64,000 nucleotides of DNA from positions 19,158,001 to 19,222,000 of the forward strand of contig NC_088803.1 of the NCBI RefSeq assembly GCF_011386835.1, read 5' to 3'. The notes below the pieces were generated by a model, which was not told where the DNA came from, made no database searches, and saw nothing but the letters and a program-made list of their open reading frames with translations. The stretch is from Chrysemys picta bellii (taxonomy: Eukaryota). Shown in pieces: positions 24,395 through 37,059 of this stretch. The translations under genes and the position numbers were made by a program. Within the stretch, counting starts at the first letter, position 1. Each line of letters begins with the position of its first letter.

Positions 24395-25402
24395 ATGGAA
24401 GGTGAGCGATCAGCTGTTGTAACCTGCACAGGTTGTGCCATGTTTGTCTTTCTTCCGCAGGACAGAAGTGACTTTGTCTGTACAAAGTGCAAGCTGGTCT
24501 CCATATTGGAGGAGAAGGTTCGAGGGCTGGAGAAACAAGTATCGACTCTGTGTTGCATAAGGGAAAATGAAGATTTCCTGGACAGACGTCAGGAGATGCT
24601 TCTACGGCCACAATGTTCTGAAGATTCAGAGCAGGCGCAGCAGGGACAGAAGGATTGTGAGGAGGTTTGGCAGCATGTGACCTCCAGAAGAAGAAAGAGG
24701 AGCGTCCATGCACCAGCAATGGAGATACAGGTGAGCAATCGTTTCCATGTTCTCTCTACAGGTGCTAATGCGGAGAGTGGACTAGATTGCCCATCTGAGG
24801 GAAGGGAGCAGAAGGAGACTCCACCGATTGGAAGGCAAAAGATGCACTGTCCTAGGGATGCGGGTTCCACAACCACCACTCCCAAGAGGAGGAGGAGGGT
24901 GGTGGTGGTCGGGGACTCCCTCCTCAGGAGGACTGAGTCATCTATCTGCCGCCCTGACCGGGAAAACCGAGAGGTCTGCTGCTTACCAGGAGCTAGGATA
25001 CACGATGTGACGGAGAGACTGCCGAGACTCATCAAGCCCTCGGATCGCTACCCCTTCCTGCTTCTCCACGTGGGCACCAATGATACTGCCAAGAATGACC
25101 TTGAGCGGATCACTGCAGACTACGTGGCTCTGGGAAGAAGGATAAAGGAGTTTGAGGCGCAAGTGGTGTTCTCGTCCATCCTCCCTGTGCAAGGAAAAGG
25201 CCGGGGTAGAGACCGTCGAATCGTGGAAGTCAACGAATGGCTACGCAGGTGGTGTCGGAGAGAAGGCTTTGGATTCTTCGACCATGGGATGGTGTTCCAA
25301 GAAGAAGGAGTGCTAGGCAGAGACGGGCTCCACCTAACGAAGAGAGGGAAGAGCATCTTCGCCAGCAGGCTGGCTAACCTAGTGAGGAGGGCTTTAAACT
25401 AG
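24395..25402 (+). CDS. CR1 ORF1p, 335 aa: N-terminal zinc-finger-like motif, coiled coil, SGNH esterase domain
   Basis: CTGC...CTKC motif; GDS, GTND and DGLH esterase blocks. Confidence 0.93.
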   Translation: MEGERSAVVTCTGCAMFVFLPQDRSDFVCTKCKLVSILEEKVRGLEKQVSTLCCIRENEDFLDRRQEMLLRPQCSEDSEQAQQGQKDCEEVWQHVTSRRRKRSVHAPAMEIQVSNRFHVLSTGANAESGLDCPSEGREQKETPPIGRQKMHCPRDAGSTTTTPKRRRRVVVVGDSLLRRTESSICRPDRENREVCCLPGARIHDVTERLPRLIKPSDRYPFLLLHVGTNDTAKNDLERITADYVALGRRIKEFEAQVVFSSILPVQGKGRGRDRRIVEVNEWLRRWCRREGFGFFDHGMVFQEEGVLGRDGLHLTKRGKSIFASRLANLVRRALN

Positions 25403-25446
25403 GTTCACCGGGGGAAGGAGACCAAAGCCCTGAGGTAAGTGGGGAA

Positions 25447-28296
25447 ATGGGATCCTGGGAGGAAGCACAAGCAGGAGAGCGCAAGAGGGGAGGACTCCTG
25501 TCTCATGCTGAGAAAGAAGGACGATCATTGAGTTATCTTAAGTGCCTATACACAAATGCAAGAAGCCTGGGAAACAAGCAGGGAGAACTGGAAGTCCTGG
25601 CACAGTCAGGGAACTATGATGTGATTGGAATAACAGAGACTTGGTGGGATAACTCACATGACTGGAGTACTGTCATGGATGGATATAAACTGTTCAGGAA
25701 GGACAGGCAGGGCAGAAAAGGTGGGGGAGTTGCATTGTATGTAAGAGAGGAGTATGACTGCTCAGAGCTCCGGTATGATACTGCAGAAAAACCTGAGTGT
25801 CTCTGGATAAAGTTGAGAAGTGGGAGCAACAAGGGTGATGTCGTGGTTGGAGTCTGCTATAGACCACCAGACCAGGGGGATGAGGTGGACGAGGCTTTCT
25901 TCTGGCAACTAGCAGAAGTTGCTAGATCGCAGGCCCTGGTTCTCATGGGAGACTTTAATCACCCTGATATCTGCTGGGAGAGCAATACAGCGGTGCACAG
26001 GCAATCCAGGAAATTTTTGGAAAGCGTAGGGGACAATTTCCTGGTGCAAGTGCTGGAGGAACCAACTAGGGGCAAAGCTTTTCTTGACCTGCTGCTCACA
26101 AACAGGGAAGAACTAGTAGGGGAAGCAAAAGTGGATGGGAACCTGGGAGGCAGTGACCATGAGATGGTCGAGTTCAGGATCCTGACACAAGGAAGAAAGG
26201 AGAGCAGCAGAATATGGACCCTGGACTTCAGAAAAGCAGACTTTGACTCCCTCAGGGAACAGATGGGCAGGATCCCCTGGGAGAATAACATGAAGGGCAA
26301 AGGGGTCCAGGAGAGCTGGCTGCATTTTAAAGAATCCTTATTGAGGTTGCAGGAACAAACCATCCCGATGTGTAGAAAGAATAGTAAATATGGCAGGCGA
26401 CCAGCTTGGCTAAACAGTGAAATCCTTGCTGATCTTAAACGCAAAAAAGAGGCTTATAAGAAGTGGAAGATTGGACAAATGACCAGGGAGGAGTATAAAA
26501 ATATTGCTCAGGCGTGCAGGAGTGAAATCAGGAAGGCCAAATCACACTTGGAGTTGCAGTTAGCAAGAGATGTTAAGAGTAACAAGAAGGGTTTCTTCAG
26601 GTATGTTAGCAACAAGAAGAAAATCAAGGAAAGTGTGGGCCCCTTACTGAATGAGGGAGGCAACCTAGTGACCGAGGATGTGGAAAAAGCTAAGGTACTC
26701 AATGATTTTTTTGCCTCTGTCTTCACGCACAAGGTCAGCTCCCAGATTGCTGCACTGGGCAGTACAGCATGGGGAGAAGGTGACCAGCCCTCTGTGGAGA
26801 AAGAAGTGGTTCGGGACTATTTAGAAAAACTGGACGTGCACAAGTCCATGGGGCCGGATGCGCTGCATCCGAGGGTGCTAAAGGAGTTGGCGGGTGAGAT
26901 TGCAGAGCCATTAGCCATTATTTTTGAAAACTCATGGCGATCGGGGGAGGTCCCAGATGACTGGAAAAAGGCTAATGTAGTGCCCATCTTTAAAAAAGGG
27001 AAGAAGGAGGATCCGGGGAACTACAGGCCAGTCAGCCTCACCTCAGTCCCTGGAAAAATTATGGAGCAGGTCCTCAAGGAATCAATTATGAAACATTTAG
27101 AGGAAAGGAAAGTGATCAGGAACAGTCAGCATGGATTCACGAAGGGGAAGTCGTGCCTGACTAACCTAATTGCCTTCTATGATGAGATAACTGGCTCTGT
27201 GGATGAGGGGAAAGCAGTGGATGTGTTATTTCTTGACTTTAGCAAAGCTTTTGATACTGTCTCCCACAGTATTCTTGCCACCAAGTTAAAGAAGTATGGG
27301 CTGGATGAATGGACTGTAAGGTGGATAGAAAGCTGGCTAGATCGTCGGGCTCAACGGGTAGTGATCAATGGCTCCATGTCTAGTTGGCAGCCGGTTTCAA
27401 GTGGAGTGCCCCAAGGGTCGGTCCTGGGGCCGGTTTTGTTTAATATCTTTATTAATGATCTGGAGGATGGTGTGGACTGCACTCTCAGCAAGTTTGCAGA
27501 TGACACTAAACTAGGAGGCGTGGTAGATACACTAGAGGGTAGGGATCGGATACAGAGGGACCTAGACAAATTAGAGGATTGGGCAGAAAAAAACCTGATG
27601 AGGTTCAACAAGGACAAGTGCAGAGTCCTGCACTTAGGACGGAAGAATCCCATGCACTGCTACAGACTAGGGACCGAATGGCTAGGTAGCAGTTCTGCTG
27701 AAAAGGACCTAGGGGTCACAGTGGACGAGAAGCTGGATATGAGTCAACAGTGTGCTCTTGTTGCCAAGAAGGCTAACGGCATTTTGGGCTGTATAAGTAG
27801 GGGCATTGCCAGCAGATCGAGGAACGTGATCGTTCCCCTTTATTCGACATTGGTGAGGCCTCATCTGGAATACTGTGTCCAGTTTTGGGCCCCACACTAC
27901 AAGAAGGATGTGGAAAAATTGGAAAGAGTCCAGCAGAGGGCAACAAAAATGATTAGGGGTCTGGAGCATATGACTTATGAGGAGAGGCTGAGAGAACTGG
28001 GATTGTTTAGTCTCCAGAAGAGAAGAATGAGGGGGGATTTGATAGCAGCCTTCAACTACCTGAAGGGGGGTTCCAAAGAGGATGGAGCTCGGCTGTTCTC
28101 AGTGGTGGCAGATGACAGAACAAGGAGCAATGGTCTCAAGTTGCGGTGGGGGAAGTCCAGGTTGGATATCAGGAAAAACTATTTCACTAGGAGGGTGGTG
28201 AAACACTGGAATGCGTTACCTAGGGAGGTGGTGGAGTCTCCTTCCTTGGAGATTTTTAAGGCCCGGCTTGACAAAGCCCTGGCTGGGATGATTTAG
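25447..28296 (+). CDS. CR1 ORF2p, 949 aa from the first ATG (frame open from 25378): APE endonuclease plus reverse transcriptase
   Basis: YTNARS, GITETW, GDFNHP and SDH endonuclease motifs; [10 protein letters not shown] and FADD RT motifs; no stops. Confidence 0.96.
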   Translation: MGSWEEAQAGERKRGGLLSHAEKEGRSLSYLKCLYTNARSLGNKQGELEVLAQSGNYDVIGITETWWDNSHDWSTVMDGYKLFRKDRQGRKGGGVALYVREEYDCSELRYDTAEKPECLWIKLRSGSNKGDVVVGVCYRPPDQGDEVDEAFFWQLAEVARSQALVLMGDFNHPDICWESNTAVHRQSRKFLESVGDNFLVQVLEEPTRGKAFLDLLLTNREELVGEAKVDGNLGGSDHEMVEFRILTQGRKESSRIWTLDFRKADFDSLREQMGRIPWENNMKGKGVQESWLHFKESLLRLQEQTIPMCRKNSKYGRRPAWLNSEILADLKRKKEAYKKWKIGQMTREEYKNIAQACRSEIRKAKSHLELQLARDVKSNKKGFFRYVSNKKKIKESVGPLLNEGGNLVTEDVEKAKVLNDFFASVFTHKVSSQIAALGSTAWGEGDQPSVEKEVVRDYLEKLDVHKSMGPDALHPRVLKELAGEIAEPLAIIFENSWRSGEVPDDWKKANVVPIFKKGKKEDPGNYRPVSLTSVPGKIMEQVLKESIMKHLEERKVIRNSQHGFTKGKSCLTNLIAFYDEITGSVDEGKAVDVLFLDFSKAFDTVSHSILATKLKKYGLDEWTVRWIESWLDRRAQRVVINGSMSSWQPVSSGVPQGSVLGPVLFNIFINDLEDGVDCTLSKFADDTKLGGVVDTLEGRDRIQRDLDKLEDWAEKNLMRFNKDKCRVLHLGRKNPMHCYRLGTEWLGSSSAEKDLGVTVDEKLDMSQQCALVAKKANGILGCISRGIASRSRNVIVPLYSTLVRPHLEYCVQFWAPHYKKDVEKLERVQQRATKMIRGLEHMTYEERLRELGLFSLQKRRMRGDLIAAFNYLKGGSKEDGARLFSVVADDRTRSNGLKLRWGKSRLDIRKNYFTRRVVKHWNALPREVVESPSLEIFKARLDKALAGMI

Positions 28297-30112
28297 CTGG
28301 GAATTGGTCCTGCTTTGAGCAGGGGGTTGGACTAGATGACCTCTTGAGGTCCCTTCCAACTCTGATATTCTATGATTCTATGATTCTATGCTTAAGAGCC
28401 TTTGGTGAGGGACCTTGTCAAAGGCTTTCTGAAATTCCAAGTACACTATATTCATTGGATCCCCCTTGTCCACATGCTTGTTGACCCCCTCCAAAGAATT
28501 CTAGTAGATTGGCGAGGCATGATTTCCCTTTACAAAAACCATAGTTGATTCTTCCCCAACAAATCATGTTAATCTGTTTGTGATAATTCTGTGTTTTACT
28601 ATAGTTGCAACCAATTTGTCTGGTACTGAAGTCAGCCTTACTGGCCTGTAACTGCCAGGATCGCCTCTGGAGACTTTTAAAAAAAATCAGTGTTACATTA
28701 GCTATCCTCCAGTCATCAGGTCTGGCTGATTTAAGCGATTCGTTACATACCAGTTAGTAGTTCTAAGATTTCATATCTGAATCCCTTCTGGTCCGGTGAC
28801 TTATTACTGTTTAGTTTATCAAATTGTTTCAAAACCTCCTCTAATGACATCTCAATCTGGGACAGTTCCCCAGATTTGTCACTTAAAAAGAATGGCTCAG
28901 GTGTGGGAATCTCCCTCACATCCTCTACAGTAAAGACTGATGCAAAAAATTCATTTAGTTTCTCTGCAACAGCCTTGTCTTCCTTGAGTGCTCCTCTAGC
29001 ACCTCGATCGTCCCGTTATTAAACCTTGTAGTAATGCGTGGGGCGGTACCGGTCCCCTTCATGCAGGATCAATGTAAAGAAGCCATTGCAGCTGGGTGGC
29101 TGAAACAACAGCAGTAGCATTCAAAACACAGTCACATGGAAAAGCTAGAGCAGAAGCAGCTCAATGGATTTCCCAGGCCATGATCGCTAAGGGCTTTGCT
29201 TGGTGACATAGGTTTTATCTGTGCACGAGGGAGAAGGGGAGGAGAGAAGGCCAAGCAGACAGTAACAGAAGTGCCAGCTGGAAAGGCTGGCTTGGACAGC
29301 AAACGGAAGCACTGTCTGCAGCTGTGTTCAGGGAAACAGGACTTCTGTATCATCTTTGGAAATAAATTAGAGTGCATCCCAGAAAATACCCCTAGTGGAA
29401 ACAAATGGCAAGGGCTTGAGCTTTGGCGCTCTTCTAAAGTCAAAAAGAGACAGACTATGTCTAATTACAGCCCAGGGGCTGGGGGATAAACTCAGGACTA
29501 AATATACACAGTCCCCTTGATGCACAGTGGAGCACTCATTTGTCAGGGGGAATGTTTGCACAGAAATCCAGAGGAGAACACAGCCTGTCTGCAGTAACTA
29601 AGTCTTTAATTATTTACCCCCATGGCTTATTATTGCATTAGGACAGTGAGGCAAAAATTTGAACCAGGGTTTCCTGATGGAAAATGGGGATTTGTGAAAT
29701 ATAAAATTTCCACAAAAGAATGATGCCAGCAGAAATTTCCATCAGGAAAAGCAAAGTGAAACACACAAGGAACGGTGAGACCCCAGGGGACAGTTCAAAG
29801 AGGTGTCAGCCAAGGTCTTCCAAAGCAACAGATCAACACTTGTATTTTACACAGGCAGTGTTCTGGGACTCCTTCTCCATTGTTTTCTGAGGTATGAAAT
29901 GAAGGCCAGGACTACAGCCAGAGTCGGTAGCAATATAACTATTAGGATCAGAGATGCAATTTTACCTCTACAGTTATACCAGTACAACCGTGTGCATGGA
30001 GGCAGTTATGCCCACACAGGAATAACCTATACTACCCCATGCTACGGGACCCAGACCCACATCCCAGGCCAGGCAGCTCCTGTCTGGTCTCCAGAGCCCA
30101 GCCAGCCCTAGT

Positions 30113-30310
30113 TAGGGTGACCAGATGTCCCGATAAAATCAGGACCGTCCCGATATTTCGGGGTGTGTCCCGCGTCCCGACCAATCTTCGGTCGGGACAC
30201 AAATTGTCCTGATATCCGCTCGCAGGGACTGACTCGCCTTTTTTTTTTTTTTTTTGCTCCCCCCCCCCCCATGTGTCCCGATTTTTTCTTTCCCTCATCT
30301 GGTCACCCTA
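30113..30310. mobile_element. Short hAT (Blackjack-like) MITE
   Basis: TIRs TAGGGTGACCAGA / TCTGGTCACCCTA; perfect TSD GCCCTAGT. Confidence 0.88.
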
Positions 30311-30759
30311 GCCCTAGTCTCCATTTGACTCAGCCCTCTCAGCTTGTACATGAGCACGATGGTTGTTCCCAGGCACCTTTCCCATTCCTCCCCTAAGAAC
30401 TGTGGGACCCCCTAGCAGTGAAGGCCCTGCACTGCCCTCCCGGACGCCTGGATCCCGTTCCCATCTTTGTGCTGGGACCTGCACAGCCATCCCAGACTCC
30501 TCGCTCTCCTTCCCCCTCCCTGCCCTATGACCTGTCAGACCCTCCCTAAGGATGAGCACCCTGCACTATCCTCCTGGACACCTGGCTCCCATTCCCTGCC
30601 TGGTCTCGCCCACCGTATTGGGAGCTGCAAGCACTGGGGACAGCACTGACTGTATGAGGACAGTCCAGCCTCTGAATCCCCCCTCAGCCCTAGCACCACC
30701 ATTGACCAAGCGACCCCCCACCCCCCTTCCCCAAACAGCAGCGATTGACCCACCAGCTG

Positions 30760-30765
30760 TTTATT
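30760..30765 (-). terminator. Candidate polyadenylation signal of the SDR39U1 copy
   Basis: Minus-strand AATAAA about 490 bp after the stop codon. Confidence 0.4.
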
Positions 30766-31251
30766 GCAAACTGGACAAGGCTGTATACAGGGTTGGGGGG
30801 AGGGAGGGGGGCTGCAGTGCAGCCAAAAACTACAATTCCCATCAGCCTTTGCTGCAGAACCCCAGCTCCATAAAGTGCCAGGAGCTTGGAAACAGCCTGA
30901 ATGCACTGTCAGCGCAGCACGGATGGCAGTGGGGCAGGAGGGGTCACAGTAGGGCACCCTCCCCCCGAGAAGGACTGGGAGGGAGGATTTCTGGAGGGGC
31001 TCAAAAGGGAGCATTCCCACTCAGAGAAGGGGGCTGGGGAGGCTAAGAACAGGGTGAGTCCCAGCAAGAGGCTGGGGAGTATTGGGGGGGACACTGGGGA
31101 GGACTCATGAGGGACCCCACAAAGTTCAGGCTAAGACAGCCAGGAGGCTCAGAGCTGGGCTGTGGGAGCCAGAGATAAGGGGTCTCTTGGGGCTGATCCC
31201 CCCAGAACAGGGGCATCCCTGGGGCACTGGGATCAGCCCCCCCTCAGCCAC

Positions 31252-34200
31252 TCAGGACACGATGTCCTGCAGGGCAGAGGGCAGGTCGGGGTACATGAAG
31301 CAGTAGCCACTCTCCAGGGTGCGTTTCGGCGCCACTCGCTGGCCCTCCAGCAGCATGACGGCCCGCTCAGCACCGAAGACATCCCGCACTGCCCAGCTGG
31401 GCAGGGGCAGCAGGGTCGGGCACCCCAGGGCCGAGCCCAGCTCCTGGGCAAAGTCGACGTTGGAGGTGCCAGACGAGGCCGGGGAGACCCCGTTGAGAAC
31501 CCCATGCACACCCTCCGTCTCCAGGGCGTGGCACACGACACCGGCCAAGTCCCGGATGTGGATCCATGGGAAGGGCTGGAGGCCAGAGCCCACGGGGCCC
31601 CCCAGGCCAAGCCGGAACGGCCAGAGCATCTGCGAGATGGCACTTCCACCCTTCCCCAGCACCACACCTGCAGGAAGAGGAAAGTCAGAGAGAGACTCCG
31701 GAGCCAGCCAACCACGCCTCCCTCTCCGAGCTAGCCAGTCTCCCAGTCCAAGCCTGCCTTGGGGCCAGTGCCCCCTCGAGGGGAAAGGGTCCATGCCCCA
31801 TTCCCTGCCCCCCCCAGCCAGCCAGCAGCCCCCCTCCCCCTGAGCCAGCCACAGTCTCCCAGCCCAAGCCAGCCTTGGGGCCAGCATCACCTGGAGGGGA
31901 AAGACCCCGTGCTCCATTGCCCCCCACCTTGAGCCAGCCAGTCCCCACCCTGGGGCCATATGGGAGCCAGCATCCCCTAGAGGGGAAAGGCCCTGTATCC
32001 CATTCCCCACCTCCATGAGCCAGCTAGTCCTTGCCCTGAGGTGAGATGGGAGCTGGTGATCCCTAGAGGGGACAGGCCCCATGCCCCGACGCACCGGATC
32101 TCACCACAGCCTGGCGCGTGCTGTCCCCGGGAATTTTAGCTGCTGCCTCCCAGGCGCTCAACAGGCGTGAGAAGAAGTCGAAGTCACCGCCGGGACTCTC
32201 CTCGGTGTACTCAGCCATGGGGCTTGGGCGGTAATACCCTGCCGGGCAATGGGCAGGGAACTGTAGTGCCAGCCAGTGCGCATAGCCCTACCCCTCATTG
32301 ATATCCCTCCCTCTTCTGTAGCAATTGCATCTGGTGACGGGCAGAAACACTACTATTTTCCCTCCCACTCCAATGTCAGAAGTGCATTGATGTCATAGGA
32401 GGCTGGGCTCCATTCTCTTACAATGCAAATTTTCTTCTCTCTTGGTGGCAGAAGGACAGTTTCACAGGATGTTGTGTTTGGCCAGGGGACTATTTTTCCA
32501 TCTCTTCCCAATGGTGGAAGAACATCAGCATCACCAGAGGTTGTGCTTTGTCCTTGACCTACAAGAGGAGGGACTATTTCCCCCCCCCCTCTGCAGCGGA
32601 AGGATCACAATGTGTCATGGAAGACTGTGCTGCACCCCAGGCCAATTTTCCCTTCTTCCTAGTGCCACAGTGCCACATAGGGCTGCACTTTGTCTTGCAC
32701 TAGAAGGGGGGACTGTATATCCCCTCAGTGGCGGAAGGATACATGTTGTGCAAAGTGTGCTCTACCCAGGGCCTATTTTTCCCTCTCTATGCAATGGTGG
32801 AAGCACACTCTTTCCACAAGGTGCTGTGATCTGTCCTCTCATGATTGGGGGACTATTTTCTCTAAGTGGCGGAAGCACACCAGCGCCAGCGAAGGCTGTG
32901 CAAGGATGATGCACCACAGGGACTATTTTCTCTCCATGGCAGAAGGACACAATGCTGTTATGGGAGGTTGTGCTGCACCTGGGGACTATTTCTCCTGTCC
33001 CCTCAGCAGTAACTTCCAGAGGCCACACTCTGCCTTGTCACTGCCCAGGGACTATTTCCACCTGGTGGAGGGATACCATAGGACAGGATGGCATGAGTTG
33101 CACTCTGGCCATGCACAATAAATACCTACGCCGGTGACGAGGACCCAGGAGCGGGGCAGCCTTTCGGCCTCAGCGATGGCCCTGGCCAAGGTCTTGGTGG
33201 TCTCCACCCGGCTGGCAACCACAACCCTGTGGAAGGCATCATCCCACCTTCAGGGGGAGAGAGCACAAAGGGGTCACACTCAACCACCCCACCCCCATTC
33301 TCCTCTGCCAATCGCAGCCCAACAAGCAGCTATTTATACCATACCATGAATCCCACTAAATCTTCCCCCAGAAGTAATGGCCCAGGAGGAGAAAGGTTCC
33401 TAGCAGAAGTTTCACATCCTGACCAAGTCCCCTCTGATGGTACCTAAAGGAGAGCAACCCATTCCCCTGCACTCCCCCAGGGAGTACAGGGGAGTGACAC
33501 AAATCACCACACCCCAGAGCAATGGGAGGCAGGACTCTCTCCCCCGCACACTCCTCAGATGTAGGTGGGAAAAGGCTCCCTGTCCCAGGGAGAGTGGGGG
33601 GAACTGTGAGTATTTGGGAATGGCAGTGGGGTGTCTGGAAGATGCTGGTTCCACTCTGTGGGAGACAATTGGGTGGGTGTCTAGTGTAGGTGTGACAGGG
33701 CTGCTAGCATCAGTGTCACAAAAGAGGCCAGATATTGGGCAAGACTATTTATACCCCCACTGGTGCACTCTCCTAATGCTTCCCCTTGGAAACAAGAATT
33801 CTGAGAAGAAAGGTTCCTAGTGACAATTATGTTTCAACCCCCAATTCATCCCCAATTTGCAGAACACAACCCTTCCGTCCTGCCCCACCTCCACTGCATT
33901 ATGGGTAGTACAGGAGAACAGGGAGAGACTGAGTCATCCCCATTTCTGTCCTTCACTGAAGGGACGCCACATAGGTTGTTACAGGGATTATTCTCCCCTA
34001 GCATGCCCAAAGCCCCGGACACACCTGCGAAGGGGGTTGAGAACATTCTCACCAGCCAAGTTCACCGCAGCATCACAAGGGGGCAGGCCGGAGCGGGACA
34101 GATCATCCTGGGGAGACAGGAAAGAAATGGTATTCCACACAGCTCAGTCTCCCCACTAACCCCTAAACCCTGCCAGTCCAGTCTCCCCTTATCCCCTGGA

Positions 34201-34618
34201 TCAGCCCCTCACTCACACATGCCCCTAGTTAATCTCACTCTGTTCCGCTGCACTAAGTCAACTCCTTCCTGACCCCTGCAGGCTGTGCCCTGGAGCATGA
34301 GGGTGGATGGCTCTGATGTCACCTGGCACAACAGGAGGGATGGCTGGAGTGATGCCACTAGGACCAGCCTGGAGTCTTAGGGCTGAGCGCTAATTCCCAG
34401 GACAGGGAGCGAACCTCCCCATGGGCCAGTGGGCTCCTAACCCCCTGCACCTCTGTGGCTGCCCCATGAGCCCAATATTATTGGAGTCACTCCCCTTCCG
34501 CAATCACCTACCCAGTTGATCCGATCAGGCCCTGGATGGCGAGAGACATGGGTCACCTAGTGCCCTCGACTCCTCAACAGCTGGGTCAAGGCTCCGCCCA
34601 CAAAGCCGGTCCCACCTC
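31252..34618 (-). pseudogene. SDR39U1: SDR39U1 (epimerase family) copy: exons 34512-34618, 34025-34107, 33126-33247, 32095-32238, 31252-31667; in-frame TAG in the first visible exon; exon 1 not found
   Basis: Spliced translation GGTGFVGGALTQLLRSRGH*VTHVSR...DDLSRSGLPPCDAAVNLAGENVLNPLRRWDDAF...VTGVGYYRPS...VLGKGGSAISQMLWPFRLGLGGPVGSGLQPFPWIH...LLEGQRVAPKRTLESGY aligns by eye to human SDR39U1; all introns GT-AG; stop at 34557-34559 where Glu is expected. Confidence 0.88.
32450..33070. repeat. Degenerate ~70-bp tandem repeat in an SDR39U1 intron
   Basis: Recurring GGGGACTATTTT...GGCGGAAG...GTGCTG units. Confidence 0.65.
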
Positions 34619-34859
34619 CTGATTTAAATAGATACTTTCAAGCATTGGTGCCCGTCACTCCCGACCCACTGCCAGCCCAGCCCTGGGCTCTCCCTTGCTC
34701 TTCTGGTGCCCCATACTCCTGACCCGCAGCCTCCTACTAGCTCAGCCCTGGGCTCCCCCCGTTCTGCCGGTGCCCCTCACTCCCAACCCACAACCCCTGC
34801 TAGCCCAGCCGTACCAGTGCCCCTCACTCCTGACCCACAGCGCCTTGCTCCCCCCGAGC

Positions 34860-35083
34860 CAGGGCCAGCTCCAGGGTTTTGGCCGCCAAAGGATCCAAAA
34901 AAAAGAAAAAAAAGAAAAGCCGTGATCAAGATCTGCGGCGGCAATTCGGCGGGAGGCCCTTCACTCCGAGCGGGAGTGAGGGACCATCCGCTGAATTGCT
35001 GCCGAATAGCTGGACATGCCGCCCCCTCCGGAGTGGCCACCCCAAGGACCTGCTTGCCAAGCTGGTGCCTGGAGCCGGCCCTG
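34860..35083. mobile_element. hAT (Tip100/MER45-like termini) MITE, copy 2, same orientation as copy 1
   Basis: Termini CAGGGCCAGCTCCA / TGGAGCCGGCCCTG; interior colinear with 13846-14064; its own flanks (CCCCGAGC vs ATGGGACG) do not match. Confidence 0.85.
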
Positions 35084-36223
35084 ATGGGACGGGAACTCAG
35101 CGCTGGCACACGTTACCTCTTTCCAGCAGCTCCACCCTGCTGCACATCTGCGTTCATTGCGCTCGCTGCTTCATCGCCCTGCCATGAATAAAAATGAAGT
35201 TACAAAAAAAAAAAAATGCTGGCGCTTGGACTGAAAATTCAATGTGAGCGTTGACCTCCGGAGCCGATGCTGCGTTGGCCCAGGCTTGGGAGGGAGTTCG
35301 CCCTGACAGGGGAAGGCTGGGACCCAGGACACCTAGGTTCATTGATTCCAGCAAAACAGGGAGCGGGAGGGTGTCGGGGGGAATGCTCCCTCCCCTTCAG
35401 GGCAGGAGGAGCCCTGTGGCTGGGACCGAGATGTGAAGGGAATCACCAGGAGAAAAGCAGCCTGAGCTGTCCAGATTCCGGAGCTGGCAGGGAGATCTGT
35501 GCGTGGGCCAGGGCTGGGGTCTCCACGCTGTGGGCTGGTGCGGCCTGCTCAGCGCTGCCCTGGGCACAGGGGGCATGCGGGGAGGAGGCGGGGGTGAGAG
35601 GCTATGGCCAGGCTGCTCCCACGCCCCAGCTGATTGTGCTGCACAGCCCCACAGGGGATCCAGGTGGGAGGGGTGGGTTGTAGGACATCCCCCAGGATGC
35701 TGCAGCCTCCTTGTGGTGCTTGGCTGGGATTGCCGCGGTTCACTCAGGGGTTGGCTTCTGGGACAAACGTGGGACAGGATTGACACAGTCTCTTCTAGCC
35801 ATGAAAAATCCATCTACCCCCAACCCCATCCATTCCCTATCTATGCATCTCCATCTATCTATCTATCTGCATCCATCTATCTATACATCCCCCATCCCCC
35901 TCCATATCTGTCTATCCATCCTCATCCCCATCTACCTAGCTATCTCCCTAGCCCCATAAACACCCCTCTGTCCATTGGTATCTGTCATTCCCCCTCCCTG
36001 TGCTATGTCATCTCTAGGAGGCACCGGCCCCATTCTGCCCCCAGGGCAGGGACTGGCTGGCTCGGTAGAGCTGATAATCAGAGACACTCTTTCCCCCCAT
36101 TGGGGGGGTCTGTGGCCAGCGGGGCTGTCACAGACTGGGGGCTCTGGTCTCTCTGACCCACATCGCTCCCCCAGCTCACAGCACCTCACCGGGCAGGGGA
36201 TAGCTGAGAAGGACCAAGGGACC

Positions 36224-37059
36224 TGTCAGGGTTTTCTCCCCCTCTGAACTCTGGGATACAGATGTGGGGACCAGCATGAAAGACCCCCTAAGCTTATATT
36301 CCACCAGTTTAGGTTAAAAACTTCCCCAAGGCACAAATTCCTTGTCCTTGGACGGTATCACTGCCACCACCAAGTGAGTTAGATAAAGATTCAGGAAAAG
36401 GACCACTTGGAGTTCTCATTTCCCCAAAATATTCCCCCAAACCCCTTCACCCCCTTTCCTGGGGAGGCTTGAGAATAATATACCAACCAAATAGGTAAAC
36501 AAGTTGAGCACAGATCAGACCCTTGGGTTTTTAGGACACTAAAAACCCAGTCAGATTCTTAAAAACAGAACTTTATAATAAAGAAAAAAATAAAAGAAGC
36601 ACGTCTGTAAAATCAGGATGGAAGGTAATTTTACAGTGTAATAAGACTTAAAACACAGGATTCCCCTCTAGGCAAAACTTCAAAGTTACAAAAAACAGGA
36701 CTAAACCTCCCTCTTAGCATAGGAAAAATTCACAGGCTAAAACAAAAGATAATCTAATGCATTTCCTTGCTATTACTTACTATTTCTGTATTTTAGATGT
36801 ATCATTCAGTAGGAGCTGGATTACTTGCTTGGTCTCTCTCTTTGTCTCAGAGAGAACAACAAAGAGGACAAACAAAACCTCCCCCCCGCCCAGATTTGAA
36901 AGTATCTTCTTTCCCCATTGGTCCTTCTGATCAGGTGCCAACTAGGTTAATGGAACTGATTAACCCCTTACAGGTAAGAGATTCTGTACCTCTGGCCAGG
37001 AGGGATGTGATGTTATTGTATATATAAAGGTTGTTACCCTTCCCTTTATATTTATGACA
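36224..37059 (-). mobile_element. Solo LTR (Gypsy-type) about 420 bp upstream of the intact protease ATG
   Basis: TGTCA...TGACA inverted ends; AT-rich; absent from the paralogous copy-D upstream region. Confidence 0.65.

Larger units (their letters stand above)
24263..28390 (+). mobile_element. Full-length CR1 LINE (turtle CR1 type) with two uninterrupted ORFs
   Basis: 5'UTR, ORF1, ORF2, 3'UTR and (ATTCTATG)x3 tail at ~28367-28390; inserted in an older antisense CR1 with only a ~3-nt TGC overlap. Confidence 0.95.

Noticed and set aside
24589-27969. Antisense ORFs within the CR1
   Set aside because: Shadow frames of ORF1 and ORF2.
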